DNA from: an uncultured Pelagibacteraceae bacterium
GTDB taxonomy: Bacteria; Pseudomonadota; Alphaproteobacteria; Pelagibacterales; Pelagibacteraceae
Direction of reading: 5' to 3'
NCBI GenBank assembly: GCA_902528575.1
Contig: CABZSV010000003.1
Span: 1,995-65,994, forward strand
Length of the DNA: 64,000 bases
Part shown: piece by piece, positions 40,129-49,629 of the stretch
Layout: every line of letters begins with the position of its first letter
How positions within the stretch are numbered: position 1 is the first letter of the stretch
Notes under the pieces: model-generated
Databases searched by the model: none
Told to the model about the DNA's origin: nothing
Seen by the model: the letters and a program-made list of their open reading frames with translations, nothing else
Program-made: the position numbers and the translations under genes

Positions 40129-41583
40129 ATGAATCAAAACGTAAAAATAAACCCATTTGGCTTTAGAGAATATGACGCTCGTTGGTTGTACGAAAAAGAC
40201 ATAAATTTAGCAGGTATAGAGAATCTTGGTAAGGGCTTAGGATCACAAATAAAAATTCATACAAAAAAAAACAATCCTAGAATTATCATAGGTCATGATT
40301 ACCGTTCCTATAGTGAAGAAATAAAAATTGCTCTCAAAAAAGGATTAATGTCTACAGGATGCAGTATAGAGGATATTGGTCTTTCATTGTCTCCCATGGT
40401 TTATTTTGCGCAATTCAATCTGGATGCCGATGCAGTTGCAATGATTACAGCAAGTCATAATGAAAATGGGTGGACTGGTGTCAAAATGGGAATCAAAAAA
40501 GGACTAACTCATGCACCTGAAGAAATGAAGGAATTAAAAGAAATTACCTTAAATGAAAAATTTACAAAAGGTGAAGGTAGTGAAAAAAAAATAAAAGATT
40601 TTGACAAAATTTATAAGGATGACTTAATTAGTAAAAACAAAATTAAGAAAAAAATTAAAGCTGTGGTAGCTTGTGGTAATGGAACAGCAGGTGTTTTTGC
40701 TCCAGAAATTTTGAGAGGTATTGGTTGTGAAGTAATTGAGTTAGATTGTAATCTAGATTGGAATTTTCCTAAATACAACCCAAATCCAGAGGATCTTGAA
40801 ATGCTTCATGAAATAGCTAGAGCAGTTAAAGATAACAATGCTGATATAGGTTTTGGATTTGATGGTGATGGAGATAGAGTTGGAGTTATTGACGATAAAG
40901 GTAACGAAATATTTTCAGATAAAATAGGTCTTCTGATAGCTAGAAATCTATCAAATAAACATAAAAATTCTAAATTTGTTGTAGATGTAAAATCAACAGG
41001 TTTGTATTCAAAAGATGCAAAATTAATTGAAAACAATTGTAAAACAATTTATTGGAAAACAGGTCATTCTCACATTAAAAGGAAAGTAAACACTGAAAAA
41101 GCATTAGCAGGCTTTGAAAAAAGTGGTCATTTTTTCTTTAATCAACCATTAGGTTTTGGGTATGATGATGGTATCAATTCAGCAATTCAAGTATGCCACT
41201 TATTAGATAATCAAAATAAAAAAATAAGTGAAATTATTAGGGAGTTACCTAGCACATTTCAAACACCAACAATGGCACCTTTTTGCAAAGATGAAGAAAA
41301 ATATATTGTTGTTGAAGAACTAGTTAAGCAAATTAAAAATTTAAAAGAAAACAAAATTGAAATAGATGGCCAAGTTATTAATGATATTTTAACAGTTAAT
41401 GGAGTAAGGTTTTCATTTGAAGATGGTTCTTGGGGGCTTATAAGGGCATCTTCAAACAAACCATCTTTAGTTATTGTTACTGAAAGCCCGACATCAGATG
41501 AAAGAAAGAAAAAAATCTTTGATTTTATTGACGATTTGTTGCAAAAAACAGGTAAGGTCGGTAAATATGATCAGAAAATTTAA
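40129..41583 (+). CDS. Phosphomannomutase/phosphoglucomutase
   Basis: FREYDAR, ITASHN, FDGDGDR, EKSGH, RASSN. Confidence 0.95.
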   Translation: MNQNVKINPFGFREYDARWLYEKDINLAGIENLGKGLGSQIKIHTKKNNPRIIIGHDYRSYSEEIKIALKKGLMSTGCSIEDIGLSLSPMVYFAQFNLDADAVAMITASHNENGWTGVKMGIKKGLTHAPEEMKELKEITLNEKFTKGEGSEKKIKDFDKIYKDDLISKNKIKKKIKAVVACGNGTAGVFAPEILRGIGCEVIELDCNLDWNFPKYNPNPEDLEMLHEIARAVKDNNADIGFGFDGDGDRVGVIDDKGNEIFSDKIGLLIARNLSNKHKNSKFVVDVKSTGLYSKDAKLIENNCKTIYWKTGHSHIKRKVNTEKALAGFEKSGHFFFNQPLGFGYDDGINSAIQVCHLLDNQNKKISEIIRELPSTFQTPTMAPFCKDEEKYIVVEELVKQIKNLKENKIEIDGQVINDILTVNGVRFSFEDGSWGLIRASSNKPSLVIVTESPTSDERKKKIFDFIDDLLQKTGKVGKYDQKI

Positions 41584-42683
41584 TTTTTAAAATTATCTTT
41601 ATCGTTTTTATTTTCTATATTATCGTTATCAACTTTAGTTTCTAAATTATCGCCATCCAGATTGTTTTCTTGTTCAGAAATTTCATCGCTATAAAACTTT
41701 CTAACTAATTCCTCTTCTTTTAGTCGTTGTTCTTCATCAAATTTTTTCTCCCATTCTTTCATTCGCCTGTTTTCCTCATCTTCTCTCTCTTTTTGAGCAA
41801 TTTCAGCTAATCTAATTCTCTCGTTTTCTTCATCAATTCTTTTTTGTCTTTCCTTCTCTATTTTCAATTCTCTTTCTCTTTGACGTCTTTCATTTTCTTT
41901 ATTTATTCTCTCACGTTCAGCTTCTTTAAATTCTTTTTCTTTATTTCTTATTTCCTCTTCCTTGGCTCTTTGCTCAGCCTCTTCTTTTAAAATTTGTCTT
42001 TGAATTTCTTGCTGTCTTTCAATTTCTAGATCTCTTAATCTTTCTTCCATTTCTTTAAGTTTTTCTTGCTCATATTTCAGCTTCCTAGCTGCTTCTCTTA
42101 ATCTTTGTTCTTCCTCAAGTCTATTTTTCCTTTCAATTTCTTTTAATCTTATTTTTTCTTGTCTTTCTTTTTCTTTTTCATCTCTTCTCTTTTGAGCTTC
42201 AATTTCTTTATTTTTTAATTGTTCCTCTTTAATTTTAATATTTTCTTCTCTAATTCTTTGTCTCTCTAACATTTTTAGCCTTAAATCTTCTTGTTTAAGC
42301 TTTCTGGCTTCCTCTCTAAGTTTTCTAGTTTCTTCATCTTTAATTTTTTTCTGTTCTATTTTAATTCTTTGAGCTTCTATCTTTCGTCTTTTTTCTTCAT
42401 TCTTTTTTTCTTGTTTTTCATTTTCAATGATTAATTTTTTTTGAAAAAGAAGTTTCTTTCTTTCTTCTTTCAATTCATCTTGTTTGGCTTTTTTTGCTAA
42501 TTTTTTTTCTAAAATTAATTCTCTTTTCTTTTCTTTTTCTAATTGTTTTTTTAATGCTATATCTTTTTTAACTTTGTTTTTTTTAAAATCTTTTAAAATT
42601 GAGGAAAACTTATTTTTTGTTTTATCGATTGGATCAAATAAATTTTTTTTAATATTTTTATTAATGTTTTTTATTGAAACCAT
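41580..42683 (-). CDS. E/K/R-rich long helical (coiled-coil or single-alpha-helix) hypothetical protein
   Basis: More than 1.1 kb open in AT-rich DNA; ATG start at 42683 preferred to the track's 42713; almost no Gly or Pro. Confidence 0.75.
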   Translation of the reverse strand: MVSIKNINKNIKKNLFDPIDKTKNKFSSILKDFKKNKVKKDIALKKQLEKEKKRELILEKKLAKKAKQDELKEERKKLLFQKKLIIENEKQEKKNEEKRRKIEAQRIKIEQKKIKDEETRKLREEARKLKQEDLRLKMLERQRIREENIKIKEEQLKNKEIEAQKRRDEKEKERQEKIRLKEIERKNRLEEEQRLREAARKLKYEQEKLKEMEERLRDLEIERQQEIQRQILKEEAEQRAKEEEIRNKEKEFKEAERERINKENERRQRERELKIEKERQKRIDEENERIRLAEIAQKEREDEENRRMKEWEKKFDEEQRLKEEELVRKFYSDEISEQENNLDGDNLETKVDNDNIENKNDKDNFKN

Positions 42684-42768
42684 TTTTAAAAGTATCAATT
42701 TGAATAATAACACTAAATATTATGTGTGGCTAATTTGAGTTTTTATTTAAGACTTATACAACTTAAGA

Positions 42769-42797
42769 TTGTCTGATTTTAAATTAGTTAATAAAAT
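42769..42797 (+). promoter_or_regulatory. Sigma70-type promoter with no downstream plus-strand CDS
   Basis: TTGTCT-N17-TAAAAT. Confidence 0.5.
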
Positions 42798-42803
42798 GCA
42801 TTT

Positions 42804-42894
42804 TCAACTAATAAGTGTTCTTAAATATTTAAAGAATCACTTAGTTTGAATTCGTGAGGTGATGGAGGGAGACTGAAGTCACCTCTTTTTTTTT
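42804..42894 (+). ncRNA. Candidate small RNA (~90 nt, two hairpins)
   Basis: Upstream promoter match, hairpin 42812-42843, terminator hairpin 42856-42885 followed by T9; both flanking genes are on the minus strand. Confidence 0.5.
42856..42894 (+). terminator. Intrinsic terminator oriented for plus-strand transcription
   Basis: GAGGTGA...TCACCTC stem followed by TTTTTTTTT. Confidence 0.7.
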
Positions 42895-42899
42895 ACTTG

Positions 42900-43685
42900 T
42901 TATAATTTCAGGTATTCATAAAAAAATTTAATCGAAACGACTAAAAGAAAAATTCCAAAAAACTTACTAATTTTTTTTTTATCAATACTATGAACTGTTT
43001 TAGCTCCTATTCTAGCCATGAAAGTTGTGATTGGTATAAAAATTAAAAAGGCTGGTATGTTTATAAAACCAATACTTAGTGGAAGACTAGAATTTAAAAA
43101 ACTTCCTGAAATTAAAAAACCTATTGCTCCAAATAAAGCAATTAGAAAACCTATGGCTGCTGCACTTCCTATTGCTTTATTTATTGAATAACCAAAAAAC
43201 TTAAGGATAGGTACATTCATTACAGCTCCTCCTATACCCATAGGAGCAGATATAAACCCAACAAGAAAACCAAGAATTACTTTTAGATGTAATTTCATTT
43301 TAACAATTATGTTTTGTTCCTTTTCTTTTATTAACAATAAGTAAATTCCTAAAAATAAAATCATTATAGAAAAAAATAAAACTAAGGATTTAGTTTTTAA
43401 AGAAGCTGCAAAAGCAGTACCAACAATAACTCCTAGTATAACAAACAGACCGTAATTCTTAACAATATCAAAATCAACTGCTTTAAATTTATGATGTGTT
43501 AAAACTGAAACTGTAGATGTTGGTATTATAATTGCAAATGAAGTTCCAACAGCAAGATGCATTACATATTGAGGATCAATTTCTAAAGAACCAAAAATAA
43601 AATATAAAAAAGGAACAGTTATCAACCCTCCACCTATACCAAATAATCCAGCCACAAAACCTACTGGAATAGCTGTTAAAGCCAT
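42900..43685 (-). CDS. TauE/SafE (sulfite exporter) family membrane protein
   Basis: AGLFGIGGGLITVP, AVGTS, GIGGAVMNVP; true start may be a few codons upstream. Confidence 0.9.
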   Translation of the reverse strand: MALTAIPVGFVAGLFGIGGGLITVPFLYFIFGSLEIDPQYVMHLAVGTSFAIIIPTSTVSVLTHHKFKAVDFDIVKNYGLFVILGVIVGTAFAASLKTKSLVLFFSIMILFLGIYLLLIKEKEQNIIVKMKLHLKVILGFLVGFISAPMGIGGAVMNVPILKFFGYSINKAIGSAAAIGFLIALFGAIGFLISGSFLNSSLPLSIGFINIPAFLIFIPITTFMARIGAKTVHSIDKKKISKFFGIFLLVVSIKFFYEYLKL

Positions 43686-43725
43686 TAATAAAATAATATA
43701 ACTGTATTCGTTTGTTAAAATTGAA

Positions 43726-44718
43726 TTAAGCAGACTGCCCTACTCTAGTATCTGCATTATTGTATTTAATTTTATCCATAATGTGATCAATTTTTTTCAC
43801 ATCAGCATCTCTTACACACATGTTTTCGCTTAAATATCTTTTCCAATAACTTGCACCTGTTTGACCATGAAATAAACCAAGAGTATGTCTCATGATTTGA
43901 TTTAATCTTGTTCCCTTTTTTAATTCTTCTTTAACATAAGGAATGAGTTGTTCAATTACATCTTGTCTACTTGGAACATCCTCATTATTAAATATTTCTC
44001 TTTCAATATCTGCTAATAAATAAGGAGTATGATACGCAGCTCTTCCTATCATTACACCATCTGTTTTTTCTAAATGAGGTTTTATTTCATCTACTGAAGT
44101 TATTCCTCCATTGATAATAATCTCTTCCTTTGGAAAATCTTTTTTTAATTTATAAACATATTCATATTTTAAAGGAGGAATATTTAAATTTTGCTTAGGT
44201 GTAAATTTACCTAACATTGCTTTTCTTGCATGAATGATAAAAGTTTTAACCCCTGTTGCTTTAAGTGTAGAAATAAAACTATGTAAATTTTCATAATCCT
44301 CTACATCATCGTAACCAATTCTTGTTTTTATAGTTACTGGCAGTTTTGTAACTGATTGCATTTTACTTAAACAATCTGCCACCAAATTTGGTTCTTTCAT
44401 CAAACAAGCACCAAATCTATTTTTTTCAACTTTTTTACTGGGGCATCCTAAGTTCAGATTAATTTCATCATAACCAAAATCTTCACCTATTTTAGTGGCT
44501 TCAGCTAAAAGTTTTGGAGAAGAGCCTCCTAATTGAAGTGCTACAGGTTTCTCATTAATATTAAACTCCAATAACTTTTTTTTATCTCCTCTATTTATAG
44601 CTTCATCGACTACCATCTCAGTGTAAAGAAGAGTGTTTTTGGATATTAATCTTAAAAAAAATCGTTCATGACGATCTGTGCAATCCATCATAGGAGCAAC
44701 TGATACTTTCCTATTCAT
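43726..44718 (-). CDS. dusA: tRNA-dihydrouridine(20/20a) synthase
   Basis: VAPMMDCTDRH, LQLGGS, NLNLGCPS, HARKA, GVMIGRAAY. Confidence 0.95.
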   Translation of the reverse strand: MNRKVSVAPMMDCTDRHERFFLRLISKNTLLYTEMVVDEAINRGDKKKLLEFNINEKPVALQLGGSSPKLLAEATKIGEDFGYDEINLNLGCPSKKVEKNRFGACLMKEPNLVADCLSKMQSVTKLPVTIKTRIGYDDVEDYENLHSFISTLKATGVKTFIIHARKAMLGKFTPKQNLNIPPLKYEYVYKLKKDFPKEEIIINGGITSVDEIKPHLEKTDGVMIGRAAYHTPYLLADIEREIFNNEDVPSRQDVIEQLIPYVKEELKKGTRLNQIMRHTLGLFHGQTGASYWKRYLSENMCVRDADVKKIDHIMDKIKYNNADTRVGQSA

Positions 44719-44740
44719 GGTATAACTTTATATTATTTTT

Positions 44741-45277
44741 TTATGAGTTTGAAGCTTCAGTGTCGTCTGAAGATACGTCTGCTTCTTGATTTTCTGATTC
44801 TGATACTTCATCTAAAGAAACTTCTCCTTGCTCATTCATCGTTTCTTCGCCTACTGAATTATCGACTTCTGCTGTAGCTGTTTCAGATAGCTCGGCCAAA
44901 TCTTCTTTTGTTACTTGAATTTTTTCTGGAGTTTTTCTTGCTCTTTTAGATGGTAAAATTGGGGTACCACTTTTTGAAATTTCACCTTTATATAGATTTT
45001 CAAAATCATCACCTATTTCTTCATCATCCTCTGCAGTATCATCAACTTGTTCAACGTGTTTTCTAAGTTTGTAAACAGCACTATCAGTTAAATCTGAAAC
45101 TTTAATTTTTTCTTCGGCAATTTCTCTTAATGAAATAACAGTATTTTTATCGTTATCTCTATCAATTGTTGGTTCAATACCTGCATTAAGTTGAGTAGCT
45201 CTTTCTTTAGCAACAAGTACTAATTCATAAGGGCTCTCTACTTTATCTATACAGTCTTCTACGGTAACTCTAGCCAT
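44741..45277 (-). CDS. rpoZ: RNA polymerase omega subunit with long acidic tail
   Basis: MARVTVEDC, DKNTVISLREIA. Confidence 0.95.
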   Translation of the reverse strand: MARVTVEDCIDKVESPYELVLVAKERATQLNAGIEPTIDRDNDKNTVISLREIAEEKIKVSDLTDSAVYKLRKHVEQVDDTAEDDEEIGDDFENLYKGEISKSGTPILPSKRARKTPEKIQVTKEDLAELSETATAEVDNSVGEETMNEQGEVSLDEVSESENQEADVSSDDTEASNS

Positions 45278-45283
45278 GCGGAG

Positions 45284-45312
45284 TATCTACACAGTGAGTC
45301 TTTAAAAATCAA
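45284..45312 (-). promoter_or_regulatory. Putative promoter giving a leaderless rpoZ mRNA
   Basis: TTGATT-N17-TAGATA ending 6 nt before the ATG; no SD. Confidence 0.45.
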
Positions 45313-45321
45313 GAGCTATTT

Positions 45322-46527
45322 TTATGAATAATGAGGATTTAACTTATTTTTAACCAAATAAAGAAGAATAATTGAGCTAAAGATATAAGTTCCTGAAACA
45401 ACGGCTATGTCTTCAATTGAAAAACCAATATCAATCAGAAAGCCAAAAATAGCTGTACCAAATGCTGTTGAAAATACCATCAATGCAGTTGTTAAGGCTT
45501 TTATGGACCCAATATATTTAACACCATAAATCTCAGCCCAGGTTGAGGAACCAAGCACGTTTGCCAAACCATTGGTTACCCCTACTAAACCAAAAAATAC
45601 AAAAGAAGACAGAGCTGCATCAAAATAGTAAAGAACTATAGTGCCAAGAAGAAGTGGGATATTCATATAGATTAATAATTTTCTACTTGAAAATTTATCA
45701 ATTAAAAAACCAGATATGAAAAGAGTAATCACTGATAAAATTGAGTAAGCCATAAATGATTGTGCAATCACATAGGGTCCCCACTCTTTAGAAGAAGATA
45801 TAAAAGACTGATAAACAAAAGATCCTGTTGCAATCCATGGCATTGCTAACATCGTCATACACATGATGTAAAATCTATAATCTTTTAAAACTTCTATTCT
45901 TTTCCATTGTTTAATTTCTTTATTATTCTCATCTATTTTAGATTCTTCTCTCGTATCAAGCTCAACATCTTTAACTAAAAGAAAAGTTGCAACAGGTAAA
46001 ACAAGTATAATTAAAATAGATATTGAAACCCAAATATCTCTCCATTCTATTAAAGTTAATAAAAAAACAATTAAAACTGGCATTATAAATTCAGCTAATG
46101 ACAGTCCTAACCAACCTGTACTTAAAGCTCTTCCTCTATTTTTTTCAAAAAAACGAGATATAGTTGTTGTTGCTGTGTGACTTGATAATCCTTGTCCAGC
46201 TAAACGCATTAAAAAAATTCCCACAAATAAAAAAATAACTGATGAAATTTTTGAAAATATAAAACAGGAAGCTGATAAAAAAATTATTACATAAGATGCA
46301 AATTTTAATATGTTTACGTCATCGATTTTTTTTCCAATCCAAACTAAAACAATACTGCTTAATAAAGTGGCTGATGCATAAATTGAGCCAAATTGTCCAT
46401 GTGTAATTGATAAGGCGTCTCTAATACTAGAATTAAATAAGCCAAGAAAAAAACTCTGTCCAAAACTTGAAAAAAATGTAAAAATAAAACCAAATACAAT
46501 TACTTTTAAACTTAAACTTTTAAACAT
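45322..46527 (-). CDS. MFS transporter
   Basis: About 12 TMs, SSFGQSFF, GKKIDD, NRGRAL, GFLIDKFS. Confidence 0.9.
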   Translation of the reverse strand: MFKSLSLKVIVFGFIFTFFSSFGQSFFLGLFNSSIRDALSITHGQFGSIYASATLLSSIVLVWIGKKIDDVNILKFASYVIIFLSASCFIFSKISSVIFLFVGIFLMRLAGQGLSSHTATTTISRFFEKNRGRALSTGWLGLSLAEFIMPVLIVFLLTLIEWRDIWVSISILIILVLPVATFLLVKDVELDTREESKIDENNKEIKQWKRIEVLKDYRFYIMCMTMLAMPWIATGSFVYQSFISSSKEWGPYVIAQSFMAYSILSVITLFISGFLIDKFSSRKLLIYMNIPLLLGTIVLYYFDAALSSFVFFGLVGVTNGLANVLGSSTWAEIYGVKYIGSIKALTTALMVFSTAFGTAIFGFLIDIGFSIEDIAVVSGTYIFSSIILLYLVKNKLNPHYS

Positions 46528-46538
46528 AGAAAAAAATT

Positions 46539-47414
46539 ATGACTTGTAATGTTGCTTTCATAGGTCTTGGGGTTATGGGCTACCCAATGGCTGGATATAT
46601 ATCAAAAGCCGGACACAATGTAACTGTTTTTAATAGAACTAAATCTAAAGCTGAAAAATGGATTGGTGAATATAAAGGTAAAATGGCCAATACACCTGCT
46701 GAGGCTGCAGATGGTGCCGATTTTATTTTCACATGTGTTGGTAATGATGATGATTTAAGAGAAGTAGCAACTGGAGAAAATGGATTATTTAACACAGCAA
46801 AAGCTGGGTCTATTTTTATTGATAACTCAACTGTATCTGCAGAAGTATCAAGAGAATTAAATAAAAAAGCAAATGATAAAGGGTTTAGTTTTTTAGATGC
46901 CCCTATTTCAGGTGGACAAGCTGGTGCTGAGGGCGGAATACTAACAGTAATGGTTGGTGGCGATGAAGAAGTGTTTAAAAAGGCTGAACCAGTGATTGAT
47001 TGTTACAGTAAAAAAGTAAAATTAATTGGTCCTTGTGGAAGTGGTCAGTTAACAAAGATGATGAACCAAATGTGTATTGCTGGAACAGTCCAAGGTTTAT
47101 CTGAAGCAATTAATTTTGGAATAAACGCAGGTTTAGATATGGATAAAGTTATGGAAACAATATCTAAAGGTGCAGCACAATCTTGGCAAATGGAAAATAG
47201 ATACCGAACTATGACTGATGACAAGTTTGATTATGGTTTTGCTATTGATTGGATGAGAAAAGATCTAAAAATTGCAATTGAGGAAGCAAAAAAAAATGGT
47301 TCACCTGTGCCTATAACAGAAATTATTGATGGTTATTATGCTGAGGTTCAAGAAATGGGTGGAAATCGTTGGGATAGCTCAGGTTTGATTGCTAGATTAA
47401 AAAAGAAAAAATAA
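46539..47414 (+). CDS. NAD(P)-dependent beta-hydroxyacid dehydrogenase (MmsB/GarR family)
   Basis: FIGLGVMGYPMA, LDAPISGG, GQLTKMMNQ, KDL. Confidence 0.92.
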   Translation: MTCNVAFIGLGVMGYPMAGYISKAGHNVTVFNRTKSKAEKWIGEYKGKMANTPAEAADGADFIFTCVGNDDDLREVATGENGLFNTAKAGSIFIDNSTVSAEVSRELNKKANDKGFSFLDAPISGGQAGAEGGILTVMVGGDEEVFKKAEPVIDCYSKKVKLIGPCGSGQLTKMMNQMCIAGTVQGLSEAINFGINAGLDMDKVMETISKGAAQSWQMENRYRTMTDDKFDYGFAIDWMRKDLKIAIEEAKKNGSPVPITEIIDGYYAEVQEMGGNRWDSSGLIARLKKKK

Positions 47415-47419
47415 TATTT

Positions 47420-48025
47420 GTGACGGATACAGTTCCTTATTACGAGGACTTTGCAGAGATCAAAAAGAAAATTTGGTCGATGTTAGATAATGCTGTTAAA
47501 GACAGAGGTTCTCCTTTTCGAATACCAGTGTTTATTTGTGGTAATCAATCAGACTTTGATGGAAGAATTGTAGTCTTAAGAAAATCTGATCAATCAAATA
47601 ATCTTGTCCAATATCATAGTGATATCAGGTCAGATAAAATTGAAAAATTGAAAGCGAATAAAAACGCTGCAATGTTGTTTTATGATAAAGATGAAAAAAT
47701 ACAGGTAAGATTAAAAGTTGAATGTATAGTTAATCACAATAATGATGTAACAAAAGAATCTTGGTCTAAAACTCAACATATTAGTAGAAAATGTTACTTA
47801 GTAGATAATGGTCCTGGAACGGAGTCAGATTTACCAACCTCTGGACTAAAACCAGAATTAGATAATTTTGATTACACTAAAGAACAAAGTGAGGAAGGTT
47901 ACAAAAACTTTACTGTCATTCAGTGTAAAATTAAAACTATAGAATGGCTTTATTTAGCAGCTAAAGGACATAGAAGAGCTAAGTTTAATTTGGAAAATAA
48001 TAAAGATACCTGGTTAATTCCATAG
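47420..48025 (+). CDS. Pyridoxamine 5'-phosphate oxidase-like FMN-binding protein
   Basis: RIVVLR, HSDIRSDK, LFYD...QVR, EWLYL...HRR. Confidence 0.85.
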   Translation: MTDTVPYYEDFAEIKKKIWSMLDNAVKDRGSPFRIPVFICGNQSDFDGRIVVLRKSDQSNNLVQYHSDIRSDKIEKLKANKNAAMLFYDKDEKIQVRLKVECIVNHNNDVTKESWSKTQHISRKCYLVDNGPGTESDLPTSGLKPELDNFDYTKEQSEEGYKNFTVIQCKIKTIEWLYLAAKGHRRAKFNLENNKDTWLIP

Positions 48026-48229
48026 ATGGTTACTGGATATATATTTACAGCATTTCTTATAATTTTAGGATTAACTGTAATGAGATTTGGAAGTATTCAT
48101 TTTAAAAAATTTAAAGAGGGTAAAACCAAAATTAAATCTAAGTTAAGTGGGCAATTATCTTTCTTAATTTTATTTATAGCAATAATTGGATTGATCATTT
48201 ATTCGGTTAACGATTTATTATTTAAGTAA
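48026..48229 (+). CDS. Small two-TM hypothetical membrane protein
   Basis: Two hydrophobic segments around a basic loop; abuts the upstream stop. Confidence 0.65.
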   Translation: MVTGYIFTAFLIILGLTVMRFGSIHFKKFKEGKTKIKSKLSGQLSFLILFIAIIGLIIYSVNDLLFK

Positions 48230-48242
48230 ATAAATTATTATT

Positions 48243-48533
48243 TCAAATACCTTTAATAATTATATTTGTACCTTCGGAATTATCTAATCTTATTTGTTTT
48301 ATTGGTTTGTATTCTTCAGAATTGTACCATTCCAATGCTTTTTCATATGTAGGGAATTTAAGAATAATAATTCTAGGAAAATTTGTTTCGCCATCAAAAA
48401 TTTGAAATTCACCAGCTCTTACTAAAAATTCTCCACCAAATTTTTTTACAAGTGGAGTAACTTTTTCAACATATTCCTTATAATTTTCAGGATTAGTTAC
48501 TTTTAATTGAGCTATTACGTATCCTGCTGGCAT
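48243..48533 (-). CDS. DUF1330 domain protein
   Basis: GGEFLVRAG, FPTYEKALEWYNSEEY; GGAG SD. Confidence 0.9.
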   Translation of the reverse strand: MPAGYVIAQLKVTNPENYKEYVEKVTPLVKKFGGEFLVRAGEFQIFDGETNFPRIIILKFPTYEKALEWYNSEEYKPIKQIRLDNSEGTNIIIKGI

Positions 48534-48542
48534 TTATCTCCT

Positions 48543-49055
48543 TTAAAAAATTGATTTCGAATATTTTTTCCAATTATCTTGGTAATGTTTAGTATTTTCA
48601 AAAACTGCTTTTTTTTCTTCCTCTGAAACTTCTCTAATAACTTTACCTGGAGAGCCCACAACCAAAGAGTTATCAGGTATAACTTTATTTTCTGTAATTA
48701 AAGCTTTAGCTCCGATAATACAATTTTTTCCAATATTAGCTTTATTTAAGATAACAGCTCCAATTCCAATTAAACTATTATCTCCAATGGTACATCCATG
48801 AAGCATAACTAGATGGCCAACCGTAACATTTTTTCCTACTTTTAAAGGACATCCAGGATCTGTGTGTAATACGCTACCATCTTGTACATTAGACCCTTCA
48901 CCAATATGAATATTTTCAATATCTCCTCTAAGCACTGCATTAAACCAAATACTTGTATTTTTTTCTAAAGTAACATCTCCAATTATTGTAGCATTCGGAG
49001 CTACCCAATTTTCGCCAGAGTTTTTTGGTTTTTTATCTTTTAAATCATAAAACAT
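48543..49055 (-). CDS. Gamma carbonic anhydrase family protein
   Basis: VLRGD, NVQDGSVLH, VGH..LHGC hexapeptide repeats. Confidence 0.93.
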   Translation of the reverse strand: MFYDLKDKKPKNSGENWVAPNATIIGDVTLEKNTSIWFNAVLRGDIENIHIGEGSNVQDGSVLHTDPGCPLKVGKNVTVGHLVMLHGCTIGDNSLIGIGAVILNKANIGKNCIIGAKALITENKVIPDNSLVVGSPGKVIREVSEEEKKAVFENTKHYQDNWKKYSKSIF

Positions 49056-49074
49056 AATCTATATATTTTACATT

Positions 49075-49629
49075 ATGCCTATACAAACTCCAATATGTGA
49101 TTTTGGTCAAAAAGCTAATCCATTTGAATTAAAATCTACTGATAATAAAATTCTGTCTTTAAATGATATCAAAGGTGAAAATGGAACTTTAATAATGTTC
49201 ATTTGCAATCATTGTCCATATGTAAAAGCTATTACAAAAGAATTAGTTGAAGATTGTAGTGAATTGAAAAAAATTGGCATCAACTCAGTTGCTATCTGCT
49301 CAAATGACTTTGTTAATTATCCAGACGACTCATTTGATAACATGATCAAGTTTTCAAATGAAAATCATTTCAATTTTCCTTACTTACATGATGAAACTCA
49401 AGAAATTGCTAAAGCATATGATGCCGTATGTACTCCAGATTTCTTTGGCTACAATAAAAATCTAGAACTTCAATACAGAGGACGATTAAGAGAACTTAAA
49501 AAGTTTATTCCAGTTAAAGACGGAGAAAGTGATCTGCTAACAGCTATGAGACAAATAGCTGAAACTGGAAAAGGTCCCGAAGATCAAATACCCAGTGCGG
49601 GCTGTGGTATTAAATGGAAGTATGATTAA
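49075..49629 (+). CDS. Thioredoxin-fold AhpC/TSA family protein
   Basis: FICNHCPYV, AVCTPDFF, YRGR, GCGIKW. Confidence 0.92.
   Translation: MPIQTPICDFGQKANPFELKSTDNKILSLNDIKGENGTLIMFICNHCPYVKAITKELVEDCSELKKIGINSVAICSNDFVNYPDDSFDNMIKFSNENHFNFPYLHDETQEIAKAYDAVCTPDFFGYNKNLELQYRGRLRELKKFIPVKDGESDLLTAMRQIAETGKGPEDQIPSAGCGIKWKYD

Noticed and set aside
41580-42738. Tandem DNA repeat, or plus-strand ORF 42484-42738, in the charged protein gene
   Set aside because: Only codon-level low complexity, no exact nucleotide array; the plus-strand ORF is an antisense shadow.
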